From positions 556,956-620,955 of the forward strand of contig CAWFJP010000030.1 in the NCBI GenBank assembly GCA_963816145.1: DNA of 64,000 nucleotides, in the 5' to 3' direction. Each line of letters opens with the position of its first letter. Position 1 is the first letter of the stretch. A model generated the notes under the pieces. It was not told the origin of the DNA. It saw only the letters and a program-made list of their open reading frames with translations, and ran no database searches. The stretch comes from an uncultured delta proteobacterium. GTDB lineage: Bacteria; Desulfobacterota; Binatia; UBA9968. Shown piece by piece: positions 31,058 through 41,809 of the stretch. Position numbers and translations under genes: made by a program.

Positions 31058-31953
31058 AAATAGCCTTCCTGCTTTTTACGTTCCATAGAGCCGGCGCCGT
31101 CGTGGTCGATAATGCGCCCCTGTCGTTCGGACGTCGTGGCACCCAGGGTTTCGGCCAAGATCTCGTCGAGCGTTGTCGCCTGACTCTCGACTGCAGCGGT
31201 TAACGGATAGCAACCTAGGGTACGGAATCGCACGGTACGTAATTCCGGCTTTTCTCCGGGTTCGAGCGGCAGCCGGTGATCATCCACCATAATCCACTGA
31301 CCGTAGCGCTTTACCACCGGGCGCTGGGCGGCGAAGTACAACGGAACAATTGGAATGTTCTCCTGGCGGATATACGTCCAAATGTCGGCTTCCGTCCAAT
31401 TGGATAGCGGAAACACTCGGATTGTTTCGCCTGCATTGATTCGCGTGTTGTAAAGATTCCACAGCTCGGGGCGCTGCGCTTTCGGCTCCCAACGATGGCC
31501 TGGTGCGCGAAATGAAAAAATACGCTCCTTGGCGCGAGACTTTTCCTCGTCGCGCCGTGCGCCACCGAAGGCCACATCAAACCCATGGAAATCTAGGGCT
31601 TGTTTCAGCGCTTCCGTTTTCATGACGTCTGTGTGGTACGCCGAGCCGTGGGTGATTGGGCCGATACCCTCGGCAACGCCGCGTGGGTTCGTGTAGGTGA
31701 TCAGCTCAAAGCCAACCCACAGTGCAGTGCGATCCCGAAACGCAATCATCTCCCGGAACTTCCATCCGGTATCGATGTGCATTAACGGGAATGGAATCGG
31801 TCCAGGATAAAATGCCTTCTGTGCCAGGCGCAGCATCACCGAGGAATCTTTGCCAATCGAGTAGAGCATCACCGGCTTGGTGGCAGTAGCCGTTACTTCG
31901 CGGATGATTTCGATCGACTCCGCCTCCAGCTCTGAAAAAATGGCATCACTCAT
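31054..31953 (-). CDS. cysD: Sulfate adenylyltransferase subunit 2
   Basis: [57 protein letters not shown]; start could be 31953 or 31974. Confidence 0.96.
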   Translation of the reverse strand: MSDAIFSELEAESIEIIREVTATATKPVMLYSIGKDSSVMLRLAQKAFYPGPIPFPLMHIDTGWKFREMIAFRDRTALWVGFELITYTNPRGVAEGIGPITHGSAYHTDVMKTEALKQALDFHGFDVAFGGARRDEEKSRAKERIFSFRAPGHRWEPKAQRPELWNLYNTRINAGETIRVFPLSNWTEADIWTYIRQENIPIVPLYFAAQRPVVKRYGQWIMVDDHRLPLEPGEKPELRTVRFRTLGCYPLTAAVESQATTLDEILAETLGATTSERQGRIIDHDGAGSMERKKQEGYF

Positions 31954-32018
31954 ATTTGCAGATATTAACCCCATATTAGATTCTCGACGATCAATGATTT
32001 CGCAGTACCCAGGCACCA

Positions 32019-32190
32019 TCAAATGATCTCATGCAAGACCGCCATGGTGAGGCTCAATGTGGTCACGGTCTGAGTGTTGGTGTTGATCGTGGCGAAATTC
32101 GAGTTCACAAAGATGACCCGGCAGCCATCTTTACTATAGGCCTTTGCACGCCTGCGACCCCTTGAAAAATCTATCAGCTCGCCGAATCGT
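32019..32190 (-). pseudogene. carB: Small decayed fragment of carbamoyl-phosphate synthase large subunit
   Basis: With one indel: GSQACKAYSKDGCRVIFVNSNFATINT...[10 protein letters not shown] vs CarB GTQACKALxEEGYRVILVNSNPATIMTD...LTxExLExII. Confidence 0.6.
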
Positions 32191-32710
32191 TGAAACAGAT
32201 AGAGTTATAAAGCCCTGCAATGATCTCGCTCGATATCAAAAAGTTTGTAAGGAAAAGACTTCACCGGGAGTATGCATGTGCAGGGAAAACCCTACTAAGG
32301 ATTTAATTGATTTTGATTGAGTATTATACATCAGTAACATTCCCTCACTGTCCAAGACTTAACTCAAACGCCGCCTCACGCGTGTGCAAGAGACAGGTCA
32401 GTCCCCGCTCAACAAAATTGTTAAATCCGTTCAACTTTCGAACCGCGCTAGCGCAATTGGTGTGGCCAAGACCTGGTAAAGCAATGTCTTTTCATCCCAA
32501 TGAGTGATAAGCGCAGAGATCCGGGTTCAATGTAACTTGAAACAATTATGTGGTACAGGGATTGCGCTTCCAGCGAGAAACCAAATTTCGAGGCCCTCTC
32601 CGAAAGGCAAACCAGTCGTGAGGCTGGGACGCACAGCCACGGGTCAGGCAAAAACCTGATAGCCGGGTTACGGAAGAACGGGATTGGGTTTCGCGCGATA
32701 GGAGAATTTC

Positions 32711-35078
32711 ATGTCCAATCGACCTATTCTACGTTTGTCTTTCGCTCGGCAAACACCAATTTGCCCCCGTTGGAACTCTCGCATTAAAGACATCTTTTTC
32801 ATCCTGATTTTGCTGGCGTTCATTAGCCTGACTGTCACCAGCACAAACGCAGCTTCATATAATCTTGCAAATTCCGCATCAACGGTGCCAGCGGGAGGAA
32901 GTGTTAAAGTTACTTGGGTTGCGCCGGCGGGAAGCTCGGGACTGGACTGGGTTGGGCTCTTCAAAGTAGGCGATCCGAATCGGAGCTTCATACTCAATAA
33001 ACTGAGATACACAAACGGCTCGATTTCCGGTTCATTCACGACTACTGCTCCGACAACTCCCGGAAACTACGAGTTTCGATACCTGCTCAACGACGGTTAT
33101 ACCGACGTAGCACGGTCCGGCGCCATCGCAGTCGGCACGGTCAGTTCACAAACGCCGCCGCCGGTTGGCTCGTATAGTCTTTCACCTTCAGCATCATCGG
33201 TCCAAGCCGGAGCAAGCCTGACAGTTTCCTGGACTGCGCCGTCAGGAAGCTCGGCACAGGACTGGGTCAGCTTGATCAAAGTCGGCGACGCAAACCAAGG
33301 CTACATACCAAATAAATGGATCGTATACCGGTGGCAAGACATCCGGCTCATTTACCACGACGGCGCCGACAACGGCGGGCAATTACGAATTCAGATATTT
33401 GCTCAACAACGGCTACACCGATGTAAAACGGTCCAGCGCCATTGCAGTCGGCACGGTCAGTTCGCCAACGCCGCCGCCGGTTGGCTCGTATAGTCTTTCA
33501 CCTTCAGCATCATCGGTCCAAGCCGGAGCAAGCCTGACAGTTTCCTGGACTGCGCCGTCAGGAAGCTCGGCACAGGACTGGGTCAGCTTGATCAAAGTCG
33601 GCGACGCAAACCAAGGCTACATACCAAATAAATGGATCTATACCGGTGGCAAGACATCCGGCTCATTTACCACGACGGCGCCGACAACGGCGGGCAATTA
33701 CGAATTCAGATATTTGCTCAACAACGGCTACACCGATGTAAAGCGGTCCAGCGCCATTGCAGTCGCGGCCGCCGCCACGCCACTCCGCCGCAGACACCGC
33801 CGAGCAATCCGGTGGTTCCGCCCGGTTCTTGCGAGACCGGGGTGTCGGTTGCTCCGTGTAAGCCGGCTAATCAGCGTCTCGTTGTTGGTTGCTCAAGACG
33901 GTAGTGGTCAGTTCAACAATATCCAGGCCGCTATCGACGCGTCCCTGCCTGGCGATACGATTCAGGTGAAAAACGGCAACTACAATACCAATCTTACCAT
34001 CCCGGCCAAGAAGAGCGGCACGCAGAGCCTGCCACTGGCTTTGGTGAATTACCCAGGCCACAGTCCGAGAATGAACGGCAATTTGTCGATTTATGGCCGA
34101 GTGGGTTTTGGTCGAAGGCTTGAACTCACTCAAGCGGATAATACCCTCACTATGTATCGTGCATTTGACCAGTATGCGTCAATTTGGAAGGCCGGACATA
34201 TCACGATCCGCAACAACTGGATTCACGATGCAAGCTTCATGGGTGTGTATTCGAGGGCAGCGTCTCCGATATTCTGTTTGAAGGCAACACTTTTGAACGC
34301 AACGGCCTTAGGTGCGAACAACTGTGTCAGGACAGCTGGGCAGATCACACTGGCCAGAGGATTCGGATACGTCCATTGTCACGGAATCTATCTGGACAGC
34401 TTCAGTTGGCGATCCTGCGGCAGCTCGGGTCACCGTTAGACGCAACAGATTTATTTCCAATGCGGGTTCTGGGCTTTCAAAACCGACTCGACGGGACGCA
34501 AGGCAACCAATTATTTGATCGAGAACAATGTATTTATCAACAACCAGCGAGCAATGAACATTTCGGATCTCAATAACAGCACGATCCGCAACAATACCAT
34601 TGTCCAGTTTGACTATCCTAGACCGAATAGCTTCAGACAAGGGTTGTTTCATGATCAATCATATTCCTAACAATATCATTGCCAACAACGCTTGTTACTT
34701 GGCGCTCAATCCAGCGCAAGAGAACATACTTGCGATGTGGAATCCAGATCCCAAAGATCCTACGGAACAATGCGAAATGGTCGTCCAACGCTTTCTTCGG
34801 CTGGCCAAATACCTTTTGGATTTGGGGCAACAACACAGTAACTGATTTTCTTAGCAGCTATAGGCAAACAACTGGCGATGCGGGTGGGATCACTATAACA
34901 ATCGTCAAAGCCGATGGGAGCGAGGCAGGATTCGTCAATGGGCTCGGCAGCGACTTCCACTTAAAATCATCTTCACCGTTGGTCGGCTCAGGTAATCCCA
35001 ACCTATTGCGCCGCGGTCGATTTTGACGGGAAAGCACGGGCCAGCGGACGCTGTGATATCGGCGCCTTTGGCTACTAG
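32711..35078 (+). CDS. Secreted modular protein: three ~105-aa beta-sandwich repeats plus right-handed beta-helix domain; multiple frameshifts
   Basis: Hydrophobic N-terminal segment; repeats W.APxG.S..DWV.L.KVG...PGNYEFRYLLN.GYTDV; then DGSGQFNNIQAAID...GDTIQVKNG, ITIRNNWIHD, ...CDIGAF; pieces in ORFs 32711, 33399, 34184, 34600, 34679. Confidence 0.78.
33122..33764 (+). repeat. Near-identical tandem duplication of a 315-bp domain-coding unit
   Basis: gccat(c/t)gcagtc recurs at 33122, 33438 and 33753; the first interval is 316 nt because of one extra G at 33323. Confidence 0.9.
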
Positions 35079-35081
35079 CAG

Positions 35082-35124
35082 TAGCTCAGCCCGCTGCTTT
35101 CGCTTTAGGCGGCGGGCTGAGCTA
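35082..35124. terminator. Strong hairpin between convergent genes (probable terminator)
   Basis: tagctcagcccgctgc...gcggcgggctgagcta, 3 nt after the stop at 35078. Confidence 0.7.
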
Positions 35125-35425
35125 ACTTACTCATTCACCAAATCCAATATCTGATTATAGGAGGCGACGAGTAGCTGTAGGTTGCGTCAAGACACTTCAA
35201 ATTTCGCCATTTTGGATTTCGAATAGATTCATCCTAAGTAGTTACGCGGTATTCTAACTTTCGTTATCATTTGAATTATATCCCGTTCCGTACGGCTAGA
35301 AGCCGAGAGATGCTTGCCGAAACGGATATGTGCTTATTGCGCATATCCCTGCGCCCTGTCCATAGTTTTGACAAATAAAGCGTGAATGCGAACGAGGTGA
35401 CTTCGGGCTGTCTCGTCTCGTGTGC

Positions 35426-37345
35426 TTACAGACCTGCCGCCAAACCGTAGCCTTTGTCTCCGTTCATAACAGCGCCAGCACCGAAAGGTTCTATGCTCAG
35501 GTTGCATCGCAGCACCGAGATCTGGTGCTCGCGGCAAATGCTTATGACTGCGGACAGACGTTCTCCGTCAATGCTATCGGATGAGACGATGAGTGCGGTG
35601 ATTTGCCGTTTCACCAAGACGGAGGCCAGTTCCTTGCCCGAACCGATGATTGGCAACCGATCCACTCTTCGTCCGACCAGAGTTGGGTCGTCATCGATAA
35701 AACCCACCGGCTGCAACCGAAGAGAGCTATTGTTCGAGAGTTCACGAAGGACGAGTTGGCCATGATGTCCGGCCCCGTAGATAAGGGCTTTGCTATAGCT
35801 CGATTGCTCTCGCTGTCGCATGTAGCTCAGGATTCGAAACGTGCTCCTGCTGCTCACGATCAACGTTCCCAACAGCAGCAGATAGATTACAAAATAGGTA
35901 ATGGTCCCATCGGTGGGAGGCGCATTTATTACCGCTAAAATGTAAGACAAGAAGACGCCGGTGGTTACGGCTATGCCGATATTGATCAGGTCCCCGACCC
36001 CGATGGCGCGCCACACCCCTCGATACATATTAAACATAAAGAATGTCGCCAATTGAATCAGGAGTACCAAAGGGAAAGTTTCCAAGTACCACTGCTTTTG
36101 GGCTGACGACCAAGACAGATTATATTTCAGCACAAAAGCGCCCCAGTATGCGACGGCGACCAGCGCGATGTCTATGAATCCGAGAAAAAACCGTCGATCG
36201 AACGACAGCCCTTCGTACCAGCGCAGTACCGATCCGGCGTGGAAAAGGGTTGCCTCTTCATAACCCAGCCTGCGAATGCCAATATAGGTCACCAAAGCAA
36301 CCGCGACTAGAATAATTCCCGCGTTGCGGTACTGGGCCAGAACCGAAACGAGCACGAGTATCGCAAGCGATAAGCTGAGACCGTATAACACCAGCACCAC
36401 ATTTCGATGTGACAATCCCATCGCCAATAGACGGTGATGGATGTGGCTTCGATCCGGCTCAAACATTCGGTTGAATGATCGGATTCTGGTTAATATGGAT
36501 CTTCGATAAGGCTGGACTACCTTCATGCCGCCGACAAATCGCCGAAGCATCGACAGCAAGGTATCGATAATCGGAAGACCGAAAACCAGTAGCGGGATCA
36601 CAACCCCGAGAGCCGTGGCTTGTTTTTGCGAACCCGTGACCGCGGTGGTTGCCAGTAAATAACCAATAACGAGACTGCCGGAGTCGCCGAGGAAAATTGT
36701 CGCCGGGTTAAAATTATAAAAGAGAAAGCCGGCCAACGCGCCGATAAGGATGACTAGTAACAGCGCATCCGAAGTATCGCCTCTCATTATAAAGATGGTT
36801 GCGCTTGCCCCCGCGGCAATAATCCCGAGCCCGGCGGCGAGACCGTCCAGGCCATCTATAAGATTAAAGGCATTGGTAACGCCGATGATCCACAGGAAAG
36901 TCAGCGGTACCGCCAACATGTTAAGAAAATTGAAGGGGCCCCTCCCAAGAGAAGAAATCGGCTCGATATAAATACCGAACCCAATGACCACTCCGGCAGC
37001 CAGCATCTGAAATAGAAACTTTAGCCAAGCCGGTAGCGGTCGGAGATCGTCCCAAACACCGATCGAAAATACAACAGCCGTACCGCAAAGTATCGGCGCC
37101 CACGCAATGCGATCCACCGGGATCCTGTTGCCGCCCAAATACTCCAAGCCGAACGACGCAAGAACTGCAAGACCGATCGACAGAAATACACTGACGCCGC
37201 CCAACCTTGGCACAGCCACCGCGTGAATTTTTCGTCCTCCCGGTTGATCGACCGCGCCGATCCGCAACGCGAAGGCACGGACCAGTCGTGTCAAGACCAA
37301 AGATGCTCCGAAGGAGACCAGAGCGAGTGCAAGGTACTTGAGCAT
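35426..37345 (-). CDS. WecA/MraY-family undecaprenyl-phosphate HexNAc-1-P transferase fused to a CapD/PglF-like membrane + CoA-binding-like domain
   Basis: RKIH...PRLGG, GVWDD, NAFNLIDGLDGLA, NFNPATIFLGDSGS, DRSHIHHRL; then YRGVWR, ALIYGAGHHG, PVGFIDDDP. Confidence 0.88.
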   Translation of the reverse strand: MLKYLALALVSFGASLVLTRLVRAFALRIGAVDQPGGRKIHAVAVPRLGGVSVFLSIGLAVLASFGLEYLGGNRIPVDRIAWAPILCGTAVVFSIGVWDDLRPLPAWLKFLFQMLAAGVVIGFGIYIEPISSLGRGPFNFLNMLAVPLTFLWIIGVTNAFNLIDGLDGLAAGLGIIAAGASATIFIMRGDTSDALLLVILIGALAGFLFYNFNPATIFLGDSGSLVIGYLLATTAVTGSQKQATALGVVIPLLVFGLPIIDTLLSMLRRFVGGMKVVQPYRRSILTRIRSFNRMFEPDRSHIHHRLLAMGLSHRNVVLVLYGLSLSLAILVLVSVLAQYRNAGIILVAVALVTYIGIRRLGYEEATLFHAGSVLRWYEGLSFDRRFFLGFIDIALVAVAYWGAFVLKYNLSWSSAQKQWYLETFPLVLLIQLATFFMFNMYRGVWRAIGVGDLINIGIAVTTGVFLSYILAVINAPPTDGTITYFVIYLLLLGTLIVSSRSTFRILSYMRQREQSSYSKALIYGAGHHGQLVLRELSNNSSLRLQPVGFIDDDPTLVGRRVDRLPIIGSGKELASVLVKRQITALIVSSDSIDGERLSAVISICREHQISVLRCNLSIEPFGAGAVMNGDKGYGLAAGL

Positions 37346-37415
37346 AAGCCTTAAAAATTTGTAAATTGAACCCGCGATACAAAGAATGAAAAGAAAAGCG
37401 CCGTTAAGACCTACT

Positions 37416-38666
37416 CTAATGGTTACGGTTCACAGCAAGATTCTTGAGAATGTCGGAGTAAACAGTAGCTAACCGTTCCCGGGAGAAATGCTCGGTGATA
37501 TAGGTTTTTCCGTTACACCCAAGAAACTGCCGAAACCCAGCATCTTGGTAAAGATTCTTGATTGCTCCCACTAGTGCGGTAGCGTTTCCCGGCTCAATGA
37601 AGATGCCCGCCTGAGCTTTTTCCAAGATCTCACGGGCCTGCCCGTCCACACCCAAGATCACCGGCCGGCCACAGGCCATGAACTCCAACAGTTTGGTAGG
37701 GATGACAGTTTTGAAGACTTCGGCTTTCTTGAGGAGGACAAGGCATATATCCGACGCCTGAATGAGTGCGGGTATCTTTTCGCGGGGTTGCTGCGGCAGG
37801 AAGAGAACATTTCTCAGGCCCTCGCGCTGCGCCAATGAAATAAGCTGCTCTCTTTCCGCTCCGTCGCCGACGAACAAGAAAAGAATGTTCGGCAATACAC
37901 CCTGCAATTGTTTGGCAGCCTGTAGTGATACTTCGAGCCCGGACGCATTACCCAGAGTGCCGATAAACGACACTATGAATCTTCCTTTGAACTGCGACTG
38001 ATGCTCATTGTCGACTGCAGTGCCGTTGGAAGAGAAGACACTAGCTTCAACACCATTTTCCACGACGGAAATTTTAGCCGGATCGACCTGCCACTTTTGA
38101 ACGAGCTGCTCTTTAAAAGCGGGCGTTACAACAACCACGTGGGTAGAGGTTCGGTAAAGAAAGGTTGCCAATCTCCCCAATGACCTAGCCATCAGCGAAG
38201 CATCACCCCCAACCCCCACTGCCGAGAGCGACTCCGGCCAGAGGTCCCTCACCTCGAATATGAACGGCACACGCTTGGCGTGCCCTAGCCACCAGCCGGT
38301 CAAACCCACCAGTAGCTGTGGAGACGTGGCAATGATGACATCGGGCCGCTCCATGAATGTTCCAGTGAAACAAGATGACAAGCAAAATGAGCCGTAGTTC
38401 AGGATGCGTTCGTGGGTTTTACGATTGGGTAGCGGAAGCAACCAAGTACGCACGATCTCAACGCCGTCGAGCTGCTCGCGGCAGACTACACGTCGCAACT
38501 TCGACCGGTATTCGAGTGGCACCACTCCCGTGGGATGATTAGGAAAGCCGGTGAGAACAGTCACTCGATGACCGCCCCGGACCCAATGACGCGCTAGTTC
38601 CGACACGCGCGCTGACGGAGCACCCATTTCGGGCGGAAAATACTGGGAAACGTAAAGAATCTTCAT
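37416..38666 (-). CDS. GT4 glycosyltransferase (WbuB-like)
   Basis: MKILYVSQYFPPEMGA, TGFPNHP, ATSPQL, FEVRDLWPE, PTKLLEFMACGRP. Confidence 0.92.
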   Translation of the reverse strand: MKILYVSQYFPPEMGAPSARVSELARHWVRGGHRVTVLTGFPNHPTGVVPLEYRSKLRRVVCREQLDGVEIVRTWLLPLPNRKTHERILNYGSFCLSSCFTGTFMERPDVIIATSPQLLVGLTGWWLGHAKRVPFIFEVRDLWPESLSAVGVGGDASLMARSLGRLATFLYRTSTHVVVVTPAFKEQLVQKWQVDPAKISVVENGVEASVFSSNGTAVDNEHQSQFKGRFIVSFIGTLGNASGLEVSLQAAKQLQGVLPNILFLFVGDGAEREQLISLAQREGLRNVLFLPQQPREKIPALIQASDICLVLLKKAEVFKTVIPTKLLEFMACGRPVILGVDGQAREILEKAQAGIFIEPGNATALVGAIKNLYQDAGFRQFLGCNGKTYITEHFSRERLATVYSDILKNLAVNRNH

Positions 38667-38892
38667 CGGTAGGCGCGCGCAGTGTGATTTTTCGAGAAAA
38701 GCAAATCCGTGACAGCCACGGACCAACCGGGGGCACGAGGCCAAAAACACAACCCATGTGGTTGTGCTTGCGGCGAATTGTCGACACTGCAAAAACTTTT
38801 AGGGAGTGAGAAAATCCGAAGCGGTCTGAGCGGACGAGACCGTTTATGCCCGTCAGGAAGAACAAGTAGCAGAATGTCTCATGGTCAGTAAT

Positions 38893-39360
38893 TCAAAACA
38901 AATGAACCCGAGTAACCCGCCAAAAGTATCCGAGAATAACATCGACCATAGAGGAATACCTGGACGGCAAAAGCAGTTGTGTCAGTTCGATTGAATATGA
39001 AAATATCAAACTCGTCACGATCACGCTCGTAAGACTCGGCAGCCTGGCAAGCCTTTTATCGAGTTGCAAGTAAGCGGCTACGCCATAGCCAAAGGGCACA
39101 AACAATACAATATTGGCTAGAATGTCGAGCTTAAGAACCTTGCCCCATTTCAAAACAAAAAAATGCCAGTTTAGATTGGCGGGCGCGCTGATCTTGCCAT
39201 CGAAAGACCAGAGAGTGAGGATCAGGATGAAACTAATGCTAGTGATAATTATTCTTACGCCGATGTGTCTGCCGGTTTTACGCTTGTAAACCGTCGGACC
39301 CGACACGACCAAGTCTGAACTGGTCGACAAAAACATCGCAAATCCACGTATCAGCCCCAT
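38893..39360 (-). CDS. VanZ-like membrane protein
   Basis: DILANIVLFVPFG, SYSIELTQLLLPSRYSSMVDVI. Confidence 0.8.
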   Translation of the reverse strand: MGLIRGFAMFLSTSSDLVVSGPTVYKRKTGRHIGVRIIITSISFILILTLWSFDGKISAPANLNWHFFVLKWGKVLKLDILANIVLFVPFGYGVAAYLQLDKRLARLPSLTSVIVTSLIFSYSIELTQLLLPSRYSSMVDVILGYFWRVTRVHLF

Positions 39361-39409
39361 AGACCCCGCTTAATCTTGAGTGGGATTTCGTTATAATCGA
39401 CCTTGGGTT

Positions 39410-40183
39410 TCAGAGTACGGAATTAATTTCGGATGGCTTGAAACTCTGATCCCGCCAGGGTCCTCTTGGTTTTCGAAGGGTGAAAACCATTACACAACGG
39501 TATCGTGAAAGGAACGACAATTTATTAACCAGTATTTCGTACAGGTATCCCAAAACGTAGCTAAATGCCCACAGCCTTAGGTACTCTGGTCTGCCCTCCC
39601 ACATCTGGATGTCGACAACTTCGAAACCTGCGTCTGCAGCATAGCGGGCCACCTCTTCCGGACTATTGCACTTGTAAACCGTTGGGAACGTGTCTTCACC
39701 TCGCCGACCGCGCTTTTTGTTGATATACTCATGAAACTGGTGAGGAGTTAGGCGCGCAATCATCGCGACATAGTGTCTCTTGTTCGGTGTTTTTGCCAAG
39801 AAGCATCCATTTGGTTTCAGAACCCGATGCACCTCGGAAAAAAATCGGATTGGATCCTGGGCATGTTCGAGCACGTTATTGCTGAAAACAAGCTCGAAGC
39901 TGTTGGCGGCATAGGGGATTTCTCCGCTGGGTAACGGCAGGATCTTAAACTCGTCCAAGAACTGATTTTCCTGGATGGCAGGAGCCGGGTCCACTCCAGC
40001 TATACGTTTCGCCATCCCTCTAAAATTCATGGCCTGCACGATGCCGACGCCAGCTCCTAAGTCCAGAATCGAGTCATTTGTTTGAAGCCTGTTCAATATG
40101 TAACCTCTAAATCCATCGTCACCCCAGTTGCCAGTGACGCCGGGATAAAGCTTGGAGTCAAGCCATCGTGTTGCGATTGACAT
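39410..40183 (-). CDS. Class I SAM-dependent methyltransferase
   Basis: ILDLGAGVG, FELVFSNNVLEH, EVHRVLKPNG, KTPN. Confidence 0.9.
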   Translation of the reverse strand: MSIATRWLDSKLYPGVTGNWGDDGFRGYILNRLQTNDSILDLGAGVGIVQAMNFRGMAKRIAGVDPAPAIQENQFLDEFKILPLPSGEIPYAANSFELVFSNNVLEHAQDPIRFFSEVHRVLKPNGCFLAKTPNKRHYVAMIARLTPHQFHEYINKKRGRRGEDTFPTVYKCNSPEEVARYAADAGFEVVDIQMWEGRPEYLRLWAFSYVLGYLYEILVNKLSFLSRYRCVMVFTLRKPRGPWRDQSFKPSEINSVL

Positions 40184-40289
40184 AGCTCACAACATCAAAT
40201 TATTGGCCGATCTGCGAAAAGTCCGATTTACTATTCCAAGGTGTAAGGTCCCCGTCGGACAACGCCGGGGGCTTTTAAGTGCCATACAA

Positions 40290-41734
40290 TCAAGATTGAG
40301 ATTTGATGATATACAGCACAGCGTCACCTTGAAATGGAGCAGTGAAAGACTGCAGACCGGCACCGGTCACAGCGGGTCCAGCTACGGTTTCGCCCGATGA
40401 CGGGATTGAACCATTCGACATGGAGCTTACCTGACGTCGTTGTAAGGTCCACTGTCGCGCTACTCTTATAGATCGATCTTAGCCGGGATTCCAACCAGTA
40501 GGGTAAGGGTTTTATCCACGATTCCAGCCGGTGAGATCCCACAGGCAGATAAACAAGGTATTCAAATCCAGGATTGGCTAGGCAATATTTTGTCGAACAT
40601 ATATCGGGATGCGGGATCATGGCCGCCAAGTTTACCCGTCTCGCGTATGACAAAGTTTGGCCCATAGCCCTGCGAGCTGATTTATTAGTGGGTGAGAAGT
40701 TGGGACTTCCATATGGATCCATGTAGATAGGATTGAGACCTCTGGTAAAGCTTTTCCATACCCAATCCTGGTCTCCTCCCACCCCAAAAAAGTGATCCGT
40801 GTCACTAATCATAACTTTCTTCCCGCTAGCAACGGGCGGATCGTTATCATAACTATAACTGGCGCCGTCGTTGCCTGGAGATATCCAATCGGCCGGCCCG
40901 GCAAGCAATGCATCCATCGCGCCTTTCCGGCCTTCGTAAAAGTAAGTCATCCCTACCGGATGTTGTTTTGGCTTCTTCGCTTCATAGGCTTTAATGTAGT
41001 TCACGAAGTGATATTGCCAATCCTTTGTTTCGATCGGGCTCTCGTTCGTAATTTCGTACAATACGTTATCCAAGTCATTGACCGTGTCGACAACCTTTCT
41101 GACGTAGGCTTCTTGGAATTTGGTGACGGCGGCTGCGCTCAAGGTATGAACTTCCTCCCCTTGGCCGTTGCCGTTCATATCACCGTTCACTCCGTTGACG
41201 TTATTTGCCTTGTTGAACGGATGTCCCGGACCAGGGATCGAGGCGCGCGTTCTTCGATTCGATGCTCCAGCCTTGAAAAAGCATGACGGATACGTAGATG
41301 CCGCGATCGCGGGCGCTCGAGACTCTGTCACGTAATCGGTCGAAGTATTCCTGATTGAATCGGCTCAAATCAAACTTTGGCTCTCCATCCAGTGCCATGC
41401 CCGGCCCTGTGCGCTGAAAACAGAAGGGTAAAAATACTCGTTGTTGTTTGTCTTTGTATGCTCCCAGGTCCATAAACGGATAAAGTTGTGGTTGTGTTGG
41501 CGCAGGAAATCCAGGTACGCGTCAAAGTCAAAAGGCCGGCGGTGGATATTTATTCCCCTTGTCCTGAAATTGGCCCAGGTATGGGATCCCGTCAAGTATA
41601 CCGCTCTGCCGCTTACCATCGGTAAAATAGCGAGGATTGGTTGGATGAACCTTAAGCGGCCCCATGACCGGGTTAGCTTGCAGAGGGCTCGCTTCAACCA
41701 ATAAGAATATCCCTGTGAACAAAATGGCAAGCAT
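40290..41734 (-). CDS. Secreted glycoside-hydrolase-like protein (DUF6298/DUF4038-like) with frameshifts
   Basis: Signal peptide; GPLKVHPTNPRYFTDG, YLTGSHTW, HNFIRLWTWE, KFDLSRFNQEYFDRL, DNVLYEITNE, DTDH, WVWKSFTRG, VEWFNP; spread over four ORFs. Confidence 0.7.
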
Positions 41735-41809
41735 TCTTACAAAAGGAGACCGGTTTTGCGAAAAGTTGATGCGGGTCTCGAAACTCCTGGTCAGACGTAC
41801 TAGAAGAAG

